Below, piece by piece: positions 8,164 to 19,052 of a stretch of DNA of 64,000 bases (position 1 is the stretch's first letter; every line of letters begins with the position of its first letter). Where the stretch lies: contig JBFMAF010000013.1 in NCBI GenBank assembly GCA_040755995.1, forward strand, positions 69,123 to 133,122, given 5' to 3'. The stretch comes from Acidobacteriota bacterium. Lineage in GTDB: Bacteria > Acidobacteriota > CAIWXX01. The notes beneath the pieces are model-generated. The model was given only the letters and a program-made list of their open reading frames with translations. It made no database searches and was not told the origin of the DNA. The position numbers and the translations under genes were made by a program.

Positions 8164-9741
8164 TCAGCCGAGGCGCTTGTTGGTGATGAAGTCGGAGATG
8201 AGCGAGGAGAGTTGGATGGGGTTGTCGGTCTTGACTGGGAAGGTGAGGGCCAGCTCTTCGCTGTCGAGCACGAGGCTGAGGCGTGGCCGCGAAATTGATC
8301 CATCGCGTCCCGCCACAGTGATGCTCACGTTGCGGATTTCGGGGTAGGCGATCCGGCGGTTGTCGGACCCGTTCACGAAGACGATCGCGCGTTCAGCCAG
8401 GAAGAACGATCCTGCGAGCCTTCGCCCGCCGGCTTCGAGCTCGGCGGTCTCACCCCACCAGAAGCGTGGAGCCGCCCAGCCGACGAATACTCTTCCTTCG
8501 CCCTCGAGCATCGGGAATCGTTTCGTCATGCCGCTGGAAACCGGCTGGACTTTCAGCTTGCGGAGGCCGTCTTCAAGCGTGCGGGTGGCCAGGGTGTGTC
8601 TGCCGGCGAGCGGATAGCCGCAGATGGCGCAGCCGGCCGCATCGGCGTCATTGGTGCGCTGGCAGCGGGGGCAAGTCTGGGCGAGAAGGAAGCCGCAGAA
8701 GGAGCACCGGAGGGCGGCCGAGCCGAGTTGCAGGCACGATGGGCACTGCACCTTCTCCTCGCGTTCGGGCTCTGCGGCAGACCCGTCAAGCGTGCTTCCG
8801 CAGCGCGAACAGGCCGAGTCCTTCACCTTGACGAATGCCTTGCACGACGGGCACTGCCGGTTTCGCTTCTTGCTCTTGGACTCCATGAAGCTGAAGTAGT
8901 GGAACAGCTCGCCCGTCTTCGTCATGTCCGTCGTCGCCTGCGAGACTTCGCTGAAGTCGATCTTCTGGCTGCGCATGCTGTGGCCGACGAGCAGCGCCAG
9001 GTCGGCGATCGAGCAGATGACGCGCGGGCACCCCTGGCTGAACCGGTAGATGCCCTCCACGGCTGTCGGGCTGAAGATGTCGCGGTTCGCCACACCCGCC
9101 ACTCGCACTCGGAATCTGAGCAGCTCGCCCGTGTCCCTCAGGTCGAGGTTGCGCAGAAAGAAGCGCACCGGGAGCCTCTGCCAGAACTCGGGCATCTTCT
9201 TCACGGCGCCTTCGAGCGGCTTCTGGCCGGAGAAGATGAAGGACAGCAGGAATGTATCTGCCACGCAGAAGTTCAGCAGAATCCGCAGCTCCTGCAGCAT
9301 CTCCGGGCGGTGCACGAGCATCTGTCCCTCGTCGATAATGACGAGCGACTTGATGTCCGCCTCGTGCAGCTCCGTCAGCTTCCCGCGCAGGGCATTGAGG
9401 TTGTCGATCTTCTCCTTGCGCACGCGTGAGACGCCGAACTGCCGCGCAATCTCCGCGATCATCTGATTGACCGTGAGAGTGGGATGATCGATGAAGGCGA
9501 TCCGGATCTTGCTCTCGTACTCGTCGGTCAACTCCTGGATCAGCTTGCGCAGGATCGACGTCTTGCCGTCACCCGCATTCTCGGAAATGAGCAGCACGCC
9601 GCCCTTGTTCGACACCACGCCGTACTTGAGCCGCATGATGCCCTCCCTGTGCTGGCTGCTCAGAAAGAGCATCTCGGGATCCGGCGACAAAGAGAAAGGC
9701 TGCCGCTCGAAACCCCAATACTGAAGGTATTCCGGGAGCAT
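8164..9741 (-). CDS. ExeA/GspA-type AAA ATPase with C-terminal zinc ribbons
   Basis: YLQYWGFERQPFSLSPDP, P-loop ENAGDGKTS, IIDEGQ, FSQGCPRVI; six CxxC motifs followed by a beta-rich tail. Confidence 0.8.
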   Translation of the reverse strand: MLPEYLQYWGFERQPFSLSPDPEMLFLSSQHREGIMRLKYGVVSNKGGVLLISENAGDGKTSILRKLIQELTDEYESKIRIAFIDHPTLTVNQMIAEIARQFGVSRVRKEKIDNLNALRGKLTELHEADIKSLVIIDEGQMLVHRPEMLQELRILLNFCVADTFLLSFIFSGQKPLEGAVKKMPEFWQRLPVRFFLRNLDLRDTGELLRFRVRVAGVANRDIFSPTAVEGIYRFSQGCPRVICSIADLALLVGHSMRSQKIDFSEVSQATTDMTKTGELFHYFSFMESKSKKRNRQCPSCKAFVKVKDSACSRCGSTLDGSAAEPEREEKVQCPSCLQLGSAALRCSFCGFLLAQTCPRCQRTNDADAAGCAICGYPLAGRHTLATRTLEDGLRKLKVQPVSSGMTKRFPMLEGEGRVFVGWAAPRFWWGETAELEAGGRRLAGSFFLAERAIVFVNGSDNRRIAYPEIRNVSITVAGRDGSISRPRLSLVLDSEELALTFPVKTDNPIQLSSLISDFITNKRLG

Positions 9742-9927
9742 CCCTACTTCTAATAATTTTCCGAAAACAAGCAACCGTATCTTAGCACAAAGCGGTGGCT
9801 GTGCCAAACGCGACTTGGGCGGGGGTGGGGGCGGGTCGTCCCGTGCCCCTTCCCGAACCTGTTCCCGACCGATCCATCTCAGCTGCGCGAACGGCTACGG
9901 GACGCCGTTCACGTCTGCGATCACGGC

Positions 9928-11274
9928 TCAGGCTCCAGGCTTGGACGCCGATTGAGTGCCGCTGCTCTGCGTCTGGCCGGCCGGCTGGCTCTGCGATGTT
10001 GGCTTGGCCTGCGCCGCCGGCTGGCTCTGGGGCGCCGGCTTGGCCTGCGCCGCGGGCTGGGCCTGGGCCGCAGGCTGCGTTTGTGGAGGTGGTGGAGGCT
10101 GCGTGACGTACGCGCCAAGTATGCCTTCACCTGTCTCCGCGTCGAACATAGGAACGTACAGCGTTCGATCGGACAGCAGCAGCCCGGCGCGGACTTCCGA
10201 CGGGAGATCCAGCTTGCCCAGTCCATTGCCGTTGGACGGATCGAGGGCCAGGACCGTGTTGCTGAATGCCCCCACCAGGATCATCGTGTCGAACGCGAGC
10301 AGATCGTCGTACATGCGGGCCGGGATCGTCACTCGACTCACCCAGTTCCCGTTCGCTTTGAGGCTGTACATGCAGCCGTCAAACCCGGCCACGAAAATCC
10401 TTTCCGATCCCTTGACCTCCATCACGACGGGCGAATTGACGATGTCGGCGTGAGTCATGACTCGCCAGCTGATGGTTCCCTTCGAGCGATCGATTGCATA
10501 TATGAAATTGTCTGTGCTGTTCGCGATCACCAGCTCACGGGCGACCGCAGGCCGGCCGCGGATCTCGCCGCCGCACTTGGACTTCCACAAGAGCGTTCCG
10601 TCGTCGGAACGCAGACAGTACAAGCATCCATCCAGGGCTCCGAAGTAAGCCCTCTGGCCGTCAACCACCGGCGGGCTCATCACCTTGCCGTCAGCCGTAA
10701 ACTTCCAGCTCATGCGATGGTCCCTCGTGGAATAGCATCTTATCTGGGAATCGCCGCTGGCGAAGTACAGGATGTCGCCGGCCATCGTTCCGGTGCTGAC
10801 GGGCTTCCCGAACTTGAACTGCTTGTACAACGCCTCGCCTGTCTCCGCATTCAGCTCGTAGTACTCGTCCTCCACCGTGTAGACGATCAAGCGATCGGCC
10901 ACCAGCAGCGGGTACGTGGCGAACGGCTTCATCGCCTTGAACTCCCACGCGGTCTTCCCGTCGGCCCGGTTGACCGCATAGCAGTATCCGTCGGCGGTCG
11001 TCATGTAGACCCTGTCCGAGTCGGTCACGGGTCTGCCGACGATCTTCCCGTGCCCGCGCCACTCCCATTTCGATATCAGAGGAAAGTCGATAGGGTAGGG
11101 GGATGCGGGTGGAGTCGAGGGTTGTTGAGCTTTCTTCGAGAGGAAGAAGCACCCAGGGAGGACCGCCAGCAGAGCTCCGGCGAGACACAGTCCCAGCGCG
11201 CCAGCACGGCTCCTGCGACCCGTCACGACCTCCGGTATCGCCGTGCCCCTGCCGGCCTCAGCTCGGGCGTCCAT
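9928..11274 (-). CDS. PQQ-like beta-propeller lipoprotein (BamB-like)
   Basis: Lipobox-like VLPGC; repeated blades (DG..YA...DG...W); Q/P/A-rich tail. Exact start uncertain. Confidence 0.75.
   Translation of the reverse strand: MDARAEAGRGTAIPEVVTGRRSRAGALGLCLAGALLAVLPGCFFLSKKAQQPSTPPASPYPIDFPLISKWEWRGHGKIVGRPVTDSDRVYMTTADGYCYAVNRADGKTAWEFKAMKPFATYPLLVADRLIVYTVEDEYYELNAETGEALYKQFKFGKPVSTGTMAGDILYFASGDSQIRCYSTRDHRMSWKFTADGKVMSPPVVDGQRAYFGALDGCLYCLRSDDGTLLWKSKCGGEIRGRPAVARELVIANSTDNFIYAIDRSKGTISWRVMTHADIVNSPVVMEVKGSERIFVAGFDGCMYSLKANGNWVSRVTIPARMYDDLLAFDTMILVGAFSNTVLALDPSNGNGLGKLDLPSEVRAGLLLSDRTLYVPMFDAETGEGILGAYVTQPPPPPQTQPAAQAQPAAQAKPAPQSQPAAQAKPTSQSQPAGQTQSSGTQSASKPGA
9970..10077 (-). repeat. 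18-bp coding tandem repeat x6 (QPAAQA/KPAPQS)
   Basis: Read directly at the 3' end of the propeller gene. Confidence 0.8.
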
Positions 11275-11653
11275 GCGGCCGCAGCGACTTCGCGATCAGC
11301 CCGACGCCGCCGGCAAGCAGCCCGAGCATGAGGATGGTGTTGTAGAGGCTGGTGCGCTCGAAGTAGATGTCCATGTGCATCAGGACGCCCGCGACGATGA
11401 TAGCGAAGCCCAGGACCGTAAGGACCCATCCAACGACCGACTTGCCGTCGAAGAACAGCATGCCGATCCCGATCAGCAGCGGCACCAGCGAGAGCCCGAA
11501 TGCGCTGACTCCCCAGAATCTCCAGTATGATGTCGTCACCTGAACCTGATTCAGAAACAGATACGCGCCTACTCCGGCCATCACGAGCCCGATGAAAAAC
11601 TCGCCGACGCCTCCCGGCGTTCCGCCGGCTCCTCTTGTTTCCTTGTCGCTCAT
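11258..11653 (-). CDS. small four-helix membrane protein, conserved hypothetical
   Basis: GGAGGAGG RBS; GAGGTPGG motif followed by four hydrophobic segments. Confidence 0.75.
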   Translation of the reverse strand: MSDKETRGAGGTPGGVGEFFIGLVMAGVGAYLFLNQVQVTTSYWRFWGVSAFGLSLVPLLIGIGMLFFDGKSVVGWVLTVLGFAIIVAGVLMHMDIYFERTSLYNTILMLGLLAGGVGLIAKSLRPHGRPS

Positions 11654-11902
11654 GTTGCTGCCCTCCTCCAACAATCCTCACCCCCTCCGGTGCGACAACC
11701 TCGATCCGCCGCCCGGGGATCGGCTCTTATTCTATCAGTGTATCGACCGAGGTTCTACAATCACCTTGGGCTGGGAACCGCAATCCTGCGGCGTCTGTCG
11801 CAGGAAACGAGGCTACTTGCTTGTGCGGCTGAAAACGGCCAATATTAGAGCCTCGGCGGGTCGACAGCGAAGACTGGACCGCCGTTGGAGAGGAGCTTGC
11901 GC

Positions 11903-13240
11903 ATGAGAAGATTCTGGCCGGCCATCGTGCTCCTGAACGCTGCGCTCGCGTTCGGGCAGCAGGGCCGCATCACGGTCCCATACACGAATATTGTTCTGCC
12001 CAACGGACTGAACGTGATCCTTCACGAGGACCATTCGACTCCGATTGTGAGCGTGAATGTCTGGTATCACGTAGGGTCCGGCCGCGAGAAGCCGGGCCGC
12101 ACAGGCTTCGCGCACCTGTTCGAGCACCTGATGTTCGAGGGATCGGGACACGTTCCCGAGGGGAAATTCGACGAATGGCTCGAAGCTGTCGGTGGGGAGA
12201 ACAACGGATCCACGACCGAAGCGCGCACGAACTACTTCGAGCTAGTGCCGAGCAACGCGATCGAGGTGGCGCTGTTCCTGGAGTCTGATCGTATGGGCTT
12301 CCTGCTCGACGCCATGTCCCCGGCGAAAGTCGACGGCCAGCGCGACGTCGTGAAGAACGAGCGGCGGCAGTCCTATGAGAACAGACCGTACGGCACTGCG
12401 CCCCTCATCGTCGAGGAGAACCTCTTCCCGCCGGACCACCCGTATCACTGGCCGGTGATCGGCTCGATGGAAGATCTCTCGGCTGCCTCGTACGAGGACG
12501 TTGTCGATTTCTTCAAGAAGTACTACGTTCCGTGCAATGCGAGTCTGGTGATTGCGGGGGATATCGACGCGGCCATGACCAGGGCGCTGGTGGAGAAATG
12601 GTTCAGCGATGTGCCGGCGGGGCCCGCAGTTCCGCCGCTGGGCGCCCCGGCTGCGTATCTCGATAAGGAGAAGCGTCTCACGCACGAGGACAAGGTGCAG
12701 CTGCCCAGGCTCTACATGTCCTGGCTGACGCCGGCTGGTTTGACGCCCGGAGACGCCGAGCTCGACGTTCTGGCAAACATTCTCGCAGGCAGCAAGAACG
12801 CACGGCTGTACAAGCGGCTGGTCTACGACATGCAGATCGCGCAGGATGTCAGGGTGTCGCAACAGTCCGCGCCGATTGCGTCGAGCTTCTGGATTGTGTC
12901 AACGGCGCGGAGCGGCCACACTCTCGAGGAGATCGAGAAGGTGATCAACGAAGAAGTCGCTCGCGTGAGAAACGAGCCTCCATCGGCCCGCGAGGTCCAG
13001 CGGGCGGTGAACCAGTTTGAAGCGGTCTTCCTGTCCCGATTGGAGTACGTGTCAGGCAAGGCCGACGCGCTGAACAACTACTTCACCAACACCGGCAACC
13101 CCGACTACTTCCACGAGGACATGGCCCGCTACCGCGCGTTGGAACCGACCGACATCCAGGCGACCGCATCGAGGTTCCTCCGAGATGACGCCCGCGTGGT
13201 CCTGAACGTCGTGCCGCAGGTCAAGAAGGAGGGTGAGTGA
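11903..13240 (+). CDS. M16 zinc peptidase, catalytic subunit
   Basis: Signal peptide, LPNGL, GFAHLFEHLMF (HxxEH), VVKNERR. Confidence 0.92.
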   Translation: MRRFWPAIVLLNAALAFGQQGRITVPYTNIVLPNGLNVILHEDHSTPIVSVNVWYHVGSGREKPGRTGFAHLFEHLMFEGSGHVPEGKFDEWLEAVGGENNGSTTEARTNYFELVPSNAIEVALFLESDRMGFLLDAMSPAKVDGQRDVVKNERRQSYENRPYGTAPLIVEENLFPPDHPYHWPVIGSMEDLSAASYEDVVDFFKKYYVPCNASLVIAGDIDAAMTRALVEKWFSDVPAGPAVPPLGAPAAYLDKEKRLTHEDKVQLPRLYMSWLTPAGLTPGDAELDVLANILAGSKNARLYKRLVYDMQIAQDVRVSQQSAPIASSFWIVSTARSGHTLEEIEKVINEEVARVRNEPPSAREVQRAVNQFEAVFLSRLEYVSGKADALNNYFTNTGNPDYFHEDMARYRALEPTDIQATASRFLRDDARVVLNVVPQVKKEGE

Positions 13241-14742
13241 TGCGAATAGTCGTCGCGATCGCGCGCACACGGAGGATCAGCCGCCGTCTCCTTGAGCCCT
13301 GCCTGCTGCTCGCCCTTGCCAGCGCATTCCTGCAGGCCCAGGCCCCGGATCGAAGCGCCCCGCCTCGAGTCGGACCGCCGCCCGAGCTCAGGCTCCCGCC
13401 GCTCCAGCACCGCCGGCTATCCAACGCACTTCCCGTCGTCCTACTCGAGAAGCACCAGGTCCCGGTCGTCGAGATCGACGTTGTGGTCAAGGCCGGATCC
13501 GCCCTGGACCCCGCCGGCATGGCCGGACTGGCCAGCATGACGGCTGCGATGATGGACGAAGGGGCGGGCTCAATGGATGCGCTGCAGCTCGCGGATGCAA
13601 TCGATTTCCTCGGCGCCAGGGTGTCGGTCTCCGCGGGGCTCCACCAGACCGTCGTCTCTCTCTCTACACCCCTCTCCAAGCTCGACGACGCGCTCCCACT
13701 GCTCGCCGACGTCCTGCTGCGCCCGACCTTTCCGGCCCGGGAGCTCGATCGCGAACGGAAGAACCGTTTGACGACACTACTGCAATGGCACGACGATCCG
13801 AGCGCTATCGCCTCGACGCTGCTCCGGCGCGTTCTCTACAGGCGCGACCATCCCTACGGTGTCTCGAGCATCGGAGACGAGCAGAGCCTCAAACGATTCC
13901 GGGTGGAGGACCTCCGGCGGTTCCACGAAATATCCTTCACGTCGAACAACGCCGAGATCATCGTGGTAGGCGACGTCGATGCGGCGGTGCTGCCGAAACT
14001 CGAGAAGGCATTCGGCCAGTGGAAGCCGGGCGCGGCGGCGACAGCGGGGAAGCTGCCCGAGATCAAACAGGTGACGCGGCGCGAGGTCTATCTCGTCGAT
14101 CGACCTGGATCGGCACAATCCGAAATTCAGATTGGCCGCATCGGTGTCCAGCGGTTGTCGCAGGACTATTACGCGATCGAGGTCATGAACACCGTGCTTG
14201 GCGGATCGTTCACCTCTCGCCTCAATCAGAACCTTCGGGAGAAGCACGGGTTCAGCTACGGAGCCGGTTCGTACTTCGACTACAGGCCGCTGCCGGGCCC
14301 CTTCGTGGCGCTCAGCGCGGTGCAGACCGCGGTCACCGACAAGGCGCTCGTCGAGATCATGAAGGAGCTGTCGGCGATTCGTAAGCCGCTGGGCGAGCAG
14401 GAGCTGGACCGGGCCAAGAACTACACCGCGCTGGGATTCCCCGCCGGCTTCCAGTCAGTGGCGCAGGTCGCGGCGCGAGTCGAGGAGCTTGTGACCTACG
14501 ACCTGCCCGACACCTACTTCAACGACTATGTCGGCCGCATCCTTGCCGTCACGGGCGCGGACGTCGAACGGGTGGCCAGGAAATACGTAGACCCTTCCAA
14601 GGTGGCCATCGTCGTGGTCGGCGACCTGAAGGAGATCGAGGCCGAGGTCCGTGCCCTGAACCTCGGGCTCGTCCACCGGATGACGATCGATGACGTGCTC
14701 GGCAAGGCGCCGGTAGTTGATGATACCGCCCCACGCGAATGA
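13237..14742 (+). CDS. M16 peptidase, non-catalytic partner subunit
   Basis: M16 fold motifs without HxxEH; SRLNQNLREKHGFSYG. Overlaps the preceding gene. Confidence 0.88.
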   Translation: MMRIVVAIARTRRISRRLLEPCLLLALASAFLQAQAPDRSAPPRVGPPPELRLPPLQHRRLSNALPVVLLEKHQVPVVEIDVVVKAGSALDPAGMAGLASMTAAMMDEGAGSMDALQLADAIDFLGARVSVSAGLHQTVVSLSTPLSKLDDALPLLADVLLRPTFPARELDRERKNRLTTLLQWHDDPSAIASTLLRRVLYRRDHPYGVSSIGDEQSLKRFRVEDLRRFHEISFTSNNAEIIVVGDVDAAVLPKLEKAFGQWKPGAAATAGKLPEIKQVTRREVYLVDRPGSAQSEIQIGRIGVQRLSQDYYAIEVMNTVLGGSFTSRLNQNLREKHGFSYGAGSYFDYRPLPGPFVALSAVQTAVTDKALVEIMKELSAIRKPLGEQELDRAKNYTALGFPAGFQSVAQVAARVEELVTYDLPDTYFNDYVGRILAVTGADVERVARKYVDPSKVAIVVVGDLKEIEAEVRALNLGLVHRMTIDDVLGKAPVVDDTAPRE

Positions 14743-14750
14743 GGTGGACG

Positions 14751-16841
14751 ATGGACTCGACACGACTCAACATTGCAGATGATTTCCCGGCCGTCACCCG
14801 CGAGGACTGGATGACCCTCGTGCAGAAGAGCCTCCGGGGCGCCCCGTTCGAGAAGAAGCTGGTCACGCGACTGTACGAAGGAGTCGACGTCCAACCGCTC
14901 TACACTGCCTCCGACTGGCCGGGAGACGACGACCCCTCGGGCCTGCCTGGATTCGCGCCGTATGCGCGCGGCGCCAGCGCCATGGGCCCGGCCGTCGGCG
15001 GTTGGGACGTCAGGCAGGAACATGCCTCCCCGTCGCCGGCGGCCAACAACGCGGCGATTCGGAAGGATCTGGAACGAGGCGCCAGCTCGGTGCTCATCAC
15101 GGTCCGACATGCGGACCTTCGCCCCGCGGATGCCGGTGTCGTGATCGGGAACATGCGGGATCTCGGCACCGTTCTCGCGGGCGTCCAACTGGACACCCAT
15201 GCCGTGCACATCGTTGCAGACGCTGAGTTCTTGCCGGCTGCGGCGATGCTCGCGTGCGTCTGGCGGGATCGCGACGTCGAGCCGTCGAAGGCCCGCGGGG
15301 GCTTCGGCTGCGACCCTCTCGGAACCCTGGCCCGTAACGGGCAGCTTCCCTGGCCGGCCGACCGGGCCCTCCTGATGCTGTCCGACTTGGCCGTCTGGAC
15401 ATCGAGGACCTTCCCTTCGGTGAGGAGCCTCCAGGTCGATACTTCTCCGTATCACAACGCCGGTGCCACGGCCGTTCATGAGATCGCGATCGCGGCAGCG
15501 ACCGCCCTCGAGTATCTGCGCGCAATGGCCGGCTGTGGACTCGATCCCGCGCCTGCATCCAGGCAGATGATGTTCACCTTCAGCGTCGGCTGCGACCTGT
15601 TCTTGGAGATCGCCAAGATCCGCGCCGTCCGGATCGTCTGGGGCAGCGTTCTCCAGAGATGCGACGCAGGATCGGAGATGCGGGCCACACAGATCCACGC
15701 TCGCACTTCACGCCGATCCATGGCCGCACGCGATCCGTGGGTGAACCTGCTGCGGGCGATGACCGGCGTGGTCGCGGCCGCCGTGGCAGGCGCGGACGCG
15801 ATCACAGTCGCGCCCTTCGACGAGGTGCTCGGGTTGCCCGATGACTTCAGCCGCCGGGTCGCGCGCAATACCCAGGCCATGCTGAAAGATGAGGCGCACC
15901 TCCATCGAATCATCGACCCGGCGGGCGGAAGCTGGTACGTCGAGTCGCTCACTGATCGCCTGGCTCGCGCCGCGTGGGACCTCTTACAAGAGATCGAGCG
16001 GCGCGGTGGAATGGCCGCAGCGCTACTGGATGGAACTGTAGCCGGTTGGATCGGCGAAGCAGCCGCCGCGAGGAAACGCAATGTCGCGACGCGGAAAGAC
16101 GCGATCACCGGTGTGAGCGAGTTCCCGAACGGGGGTGAGGAGAAGTTGCGGCGCGCGCTGCCGCACGATTCGATCACGCGCGCGCCGCACGCATCGGAGA
16201 CCCCACCTGCTGCGGCCGCCGCGCTCGCGCGATGCTCGGGAATCGCTCGAGAGCAGGCGTGGGAGGCCGGTACGCTGACCAGCGAGGTTCTCGCGGCAGC
16301 GCGCGCCGGGGCGTCTCTCACAGCCCTCGCAAGGGCTCTGGCGGGTCCGGCACCACTGGTCCTGACGGCGCCTCTGGCCCCGATGAGGCTGAGCGAACCG
16401 TTCGAGGAGCTGCGCGATGCGAGCGAGGCATGCCTGGCCCAGGATGGCGCGCGCCCGCGCATGTTTCTGGCGAGCCTCGGCTCGGTTGCGCAGTACGGCG
16501 CACGTTCGACGTGGGCCTCCAACTTCTTCGAGGCGGGTGGGTTCGAAGTCATAGAGGAGACGGGCGTCAGGACCGCGGAGGCCGCGGCCGCGGCGTTTGC
16601 GAGCTGCGGCGCGCGGATAGTCACGATTTGTTCTTCGGACGAAGTCTACGAACGCATCGCGCTTGACGTGGCGCGAGCTTTGAAGGGCGCCGGGGCGCAG
16701 ACGGTTGTGTTGGCCGGCAGGCCGGGCAACCGCGAGGCTGCGTATCGCGAGGCCGGTGTCGACAGCTTCATCTTCGTCGGGTGCGACGTGTTGGCGACAC
16801 TACGCCAGTTGATGAAAGCACAGGGGGTGGAAATCCGATGA
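14751..16841 (+). CDS. mutA: methylmalonyl-CoA mutase small (non-B12-binding) subunit
   Basis: [51 protein letters not shown]; no DxHxxG. Confidence 0.88.
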   Translation: MDSTRLNIADDFPAVTREDWMTLVQKSLRGAPFEKKLVTRLYEGVDVQPLYTASDWPGDDDPSGLPGFAPYARGASAMGPAVGGWDVRQEHASPSPAANNAAIRKDLERGASSVLITVRHADLRPADAGVVIGNMRDLGTVLAGVQLDTHAVHIVADAEFLPAAAMLACVWRDRDVEPSKARGGFGCDPLGTLARNGQLPWPADRALLMLSDLAVWTSRTFPSVRSLQVDTSPYHNAGATAVHEIAIAAATALEYLRAMAGCGLDPAPASRQMMFTFSVGCDLFLEIAKIRAVRIVWGSVLQRCDAGSEMRATQIHARTSRRSMAARDPWVNLLRAMTGVVAAAVAGADAITVAPFDEVLGLPDDFSRRVARNTQAMLKDEAHLHRIIDPAGGSWYVESLTDRLARAAWDLLQEIERRGGMAAALLDGTVAGWIGEAAAARKRNVATRKDAITGVSEFPNGGEEKLRRALPHDSITRAPHASETPPAAAAALARCSGIAREQAWEAGTLTSEVLAAARAGASLTALARALAGPAPLVLTAPLAPMRLSEPFEELRDASEACLAQDGARPRMFLASLGSVAQYGARSTWASNFFEAGGFEVIEETGVRTAEAAAAAFASCGARIVTICSSDEVYERIALDVARALKGAGAQTVVLAGRPGNREAAYREAGVDSFIFVGCDVLATLRQLMKAQGVEIR

Positions 16842-19030
16842 GCAAGATACCGGATTTCTCGACATTCCCATTCGACGGTCCGGCTGCGCGGGCGACCTTG
16901 AGGGAATGGTTCAATGGTGCCGAGGCACAGGCGGGCCGCGCGCTACATACGTTCGTCTGGAAGACACCCGAACAGATCGACCTGCGTCCGCTCTATACGG
17001 CAGCGGACCTGGACGGCCTGCAGCACCTCGGGAGCATGCCGGGGCTGCCACCGTTCGTGCGCGGTCCCTATGCAACGATGTACGTGCTGCAACCGTGGAC
17101 TGTACGGCAGTATGCCGGCTTCTCCACCGCCGAAGAGAGCAACGCATTCTACCGCCGCAACCTTGCAGCGGGACAGAAGGGCCTCTCGATCGCATTCGAC
17201 CTTGCCACGCACCGTGGGTACGATTCGGATCACCCGCGCGTCGTCGGTGACGTCGGCATGGCCGGGGTCGCAATCGATTCGATCCTGGACATGCAGGTTC
17301 TGTTCGAAGGCATACCGCTCGACCAGATGAGCGTGTCGATGACGATGAATGGAGCCGTCCTGCCCGTGCTGGCGATGTACATCGTGGCCGCAGAGGAACA
17401 GGGCGTCAAGCAGGAGAGTCTCGCCGGCACCATCCAGAACGACGTCCTGAAAGAGTTCATGGTCCGCAACACCTTCATCTATCCCCCGAAACCGTCGATG
17501 CGGATCGTCTCGGACATCCTCGCTTATACGTCGCAGCACATGCCCCTGTTCAACGGCATCAGCGTGTCGGGGTATCACATGCAGGAAGCCGGGGCCACTG
17601 CGGACCTCGAGCTCGCCTACACTCTGGCCGACGGGGTCGAGTACGTGCGGGCCGGAGTCAATGCAGGCCTCGCGGTCGACGCGTTCGTGCCGAGATTCTC
17701 GTTCTTCTTCGGCGTCGGAATGAATTTCTTCGTGGAGATCGCCAAGCTGCGCGCGGCCCGCTTGCTGTGGGCGAAACTGATCAAGCAGTTCAATCCGAAG
17801 GACCCGCGATCGATGTGCTTGCGCACGCATTGCCAGACTTCGGGGTGGAGTCTCACCGCACAGGACGTGTACAACAACGTGATTCGCACCGGGATCGAGG
17901 CGATGGCGGCGACGCAGGGCCACACGCAGTCCCTGCACACGAACTCATTCGACGAGGCGCTGGCGCTGCCCACCGATTTCAGCGCACGCATCGCCCGCAA
18001 CACGCAACTGTTCCTGCAGATGGAATCGGGCACCTGCCGGGTCGTAGATCCGTGGGGCGGCAGCTACTTCGTCGAACGGCTCACGTGGGAGCTGGCGCAG
18101 CGGGCCTGGGCGCACGTGCAGGAGGTCGAGAGCCTCGGCGGCATGGCGGAAGCTATCGAGGCGGGCCTGCCGAAGATGCGAATCGAGGAGGCCTCTGCGC
18201 GAACCCAGGCGCGAATCGATTCGGGCCGCCAGACGATCATCGGCGTCAACAAGTACCCGCTCGACCAGCCGGAAAAGGTGGATGTGCTGCGAGTGGACAA
18301 CAAGGCCGTCCGTGAGGCTCAAATCGAGCGGCTGGCGCGGCTGCGTCGCGAACGCGACGGCAAGGCGGCTCAGGATGCGCTGGACGCGCTCACCGGCGCA
18401 GCGCGCAGCGGCACGGGCAACCTGCTCGACTTGTCCGTGCGAGCTGCGCGCGCGCGCGCAACCGTCGGCGAAATCAGCTATGCTTTGGAGCAGGTCTGGG
18501 GACGCCACCAGCCGGTCGTCCGCACAGTCTCGCACGTGTACGCCGGCGAGATCGGGGAGGAGTCGGTGGAAATCGTCAAGCTGCGCCAGCGGGTCGCGGA
18601 GTTCGCGAGGCATGAGGGCCGCCGGCCCAGGATACTCGTGGTCAAGATGGGGCAGGATGGGCACGACCGGGGACAGAAGGTGGTGGCCTCCGCCCTGGCC
18701 GATCTCGGGTTCGACGTGGATGTCGGCCCGCTGTTCGGGACGCCGGCGGAGGCCGCGCGGCAGGCGGTCGAGAACGACGTAATGGTAGTCGGCGTGAGCT
18801 CGCTGGCCGCCGGCCATCTCACTCTGGTGCCGCAGCTTATCGAGGAGCTGCGCATGCTGCGGCGGGCGGACATCATGGTGGTGGTCGGTGGAGTGATTCC
18901 GCCGGAGGACTACGAGACTCTCCGCAGGATGGGTGTCGCAGAGGTGTTCGGACCTGGGACCTCTCTCGAGAAGGCGGCCCACCAGATGCTAGATGCTCTG
19001 GAGCGTCTGGAGGTGGCGGGGCGGAGCTGA
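16838..19030 (+). CDS. scpA: methylmalonyl-CoA mutase large subunit (B12-binding)
   Basis: [48 protein letters not shown] overlap with the small-subunit gene. Confidence 0.95.
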   Translation: MSKIPDFSTFPFDGPAARATLREWFNGAEAQAGRALHTFVWKTPEQIDLRPLYTAADLDGLQHLGSMPGLPPFVRGPYATMYVLQPWTVRQYAGFSTAEESNAFYRRNLAAGQKGLSIAFDLATHRGYDSDHPRVVGDVGMAGVAIDSILDMQVLFEGIPLDQMSVSMTMNGAVLPVLAMYIVAAEEQGVKQESLAGTIQNDVLKEFMVRNTFIYPPKPSMRIVSDILAYTSQHMPLFNGISVSGYHMQEAGATADLELAYTLADGVEYVRAGVNAGLAVDAFVPRFSFFFGVGMNFFVEIAKLRAARLLWAKLIKQFNPKDPRSMCLRTHCQTSGWSLTAQDVYNNVIRTGIEAMAATQGHTQSLHTNSFDEALALPTDFSARIARNTQLFLQMESGTCRVVDPWGGSYFVERLTWELAQRAWAHVQEVESLGGMAEAIEAGLPKMRIEEASARTQARIDSGRQTIIGVNKYPLDQPEKVDVLRVDNKAVREAQIERLARLRRERDGKAAQDALDALTGAARSGTGNLLDLSVRAARARATVGEISYALEQVWGRHQPVVRTVSHVYAGEIGEESVEIVKLRQRVAEFARHEGRRPRILVVKMGQDGHDRGQKVVASALADLGFDVDVGPLFGTPAEAARQAVENDVMVVGVSSLAAGHLTLVPQLIEELRMLRRADIMVVVGGVIPPEDYETLRRMGVAEVFGPGTSLEKAAHQMLDALERLEVAGRS

Positions 19031-19052
19031 TGCGGAGAGGCATCGTCCGTTC

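Noticed and set aside
7879..10077. 21-bp and 18-bp tandem repeats as possible CRISPR arrays
   Set aside because: They have no spacers, are in-frame coding repeats, and no cas genes are in the window.
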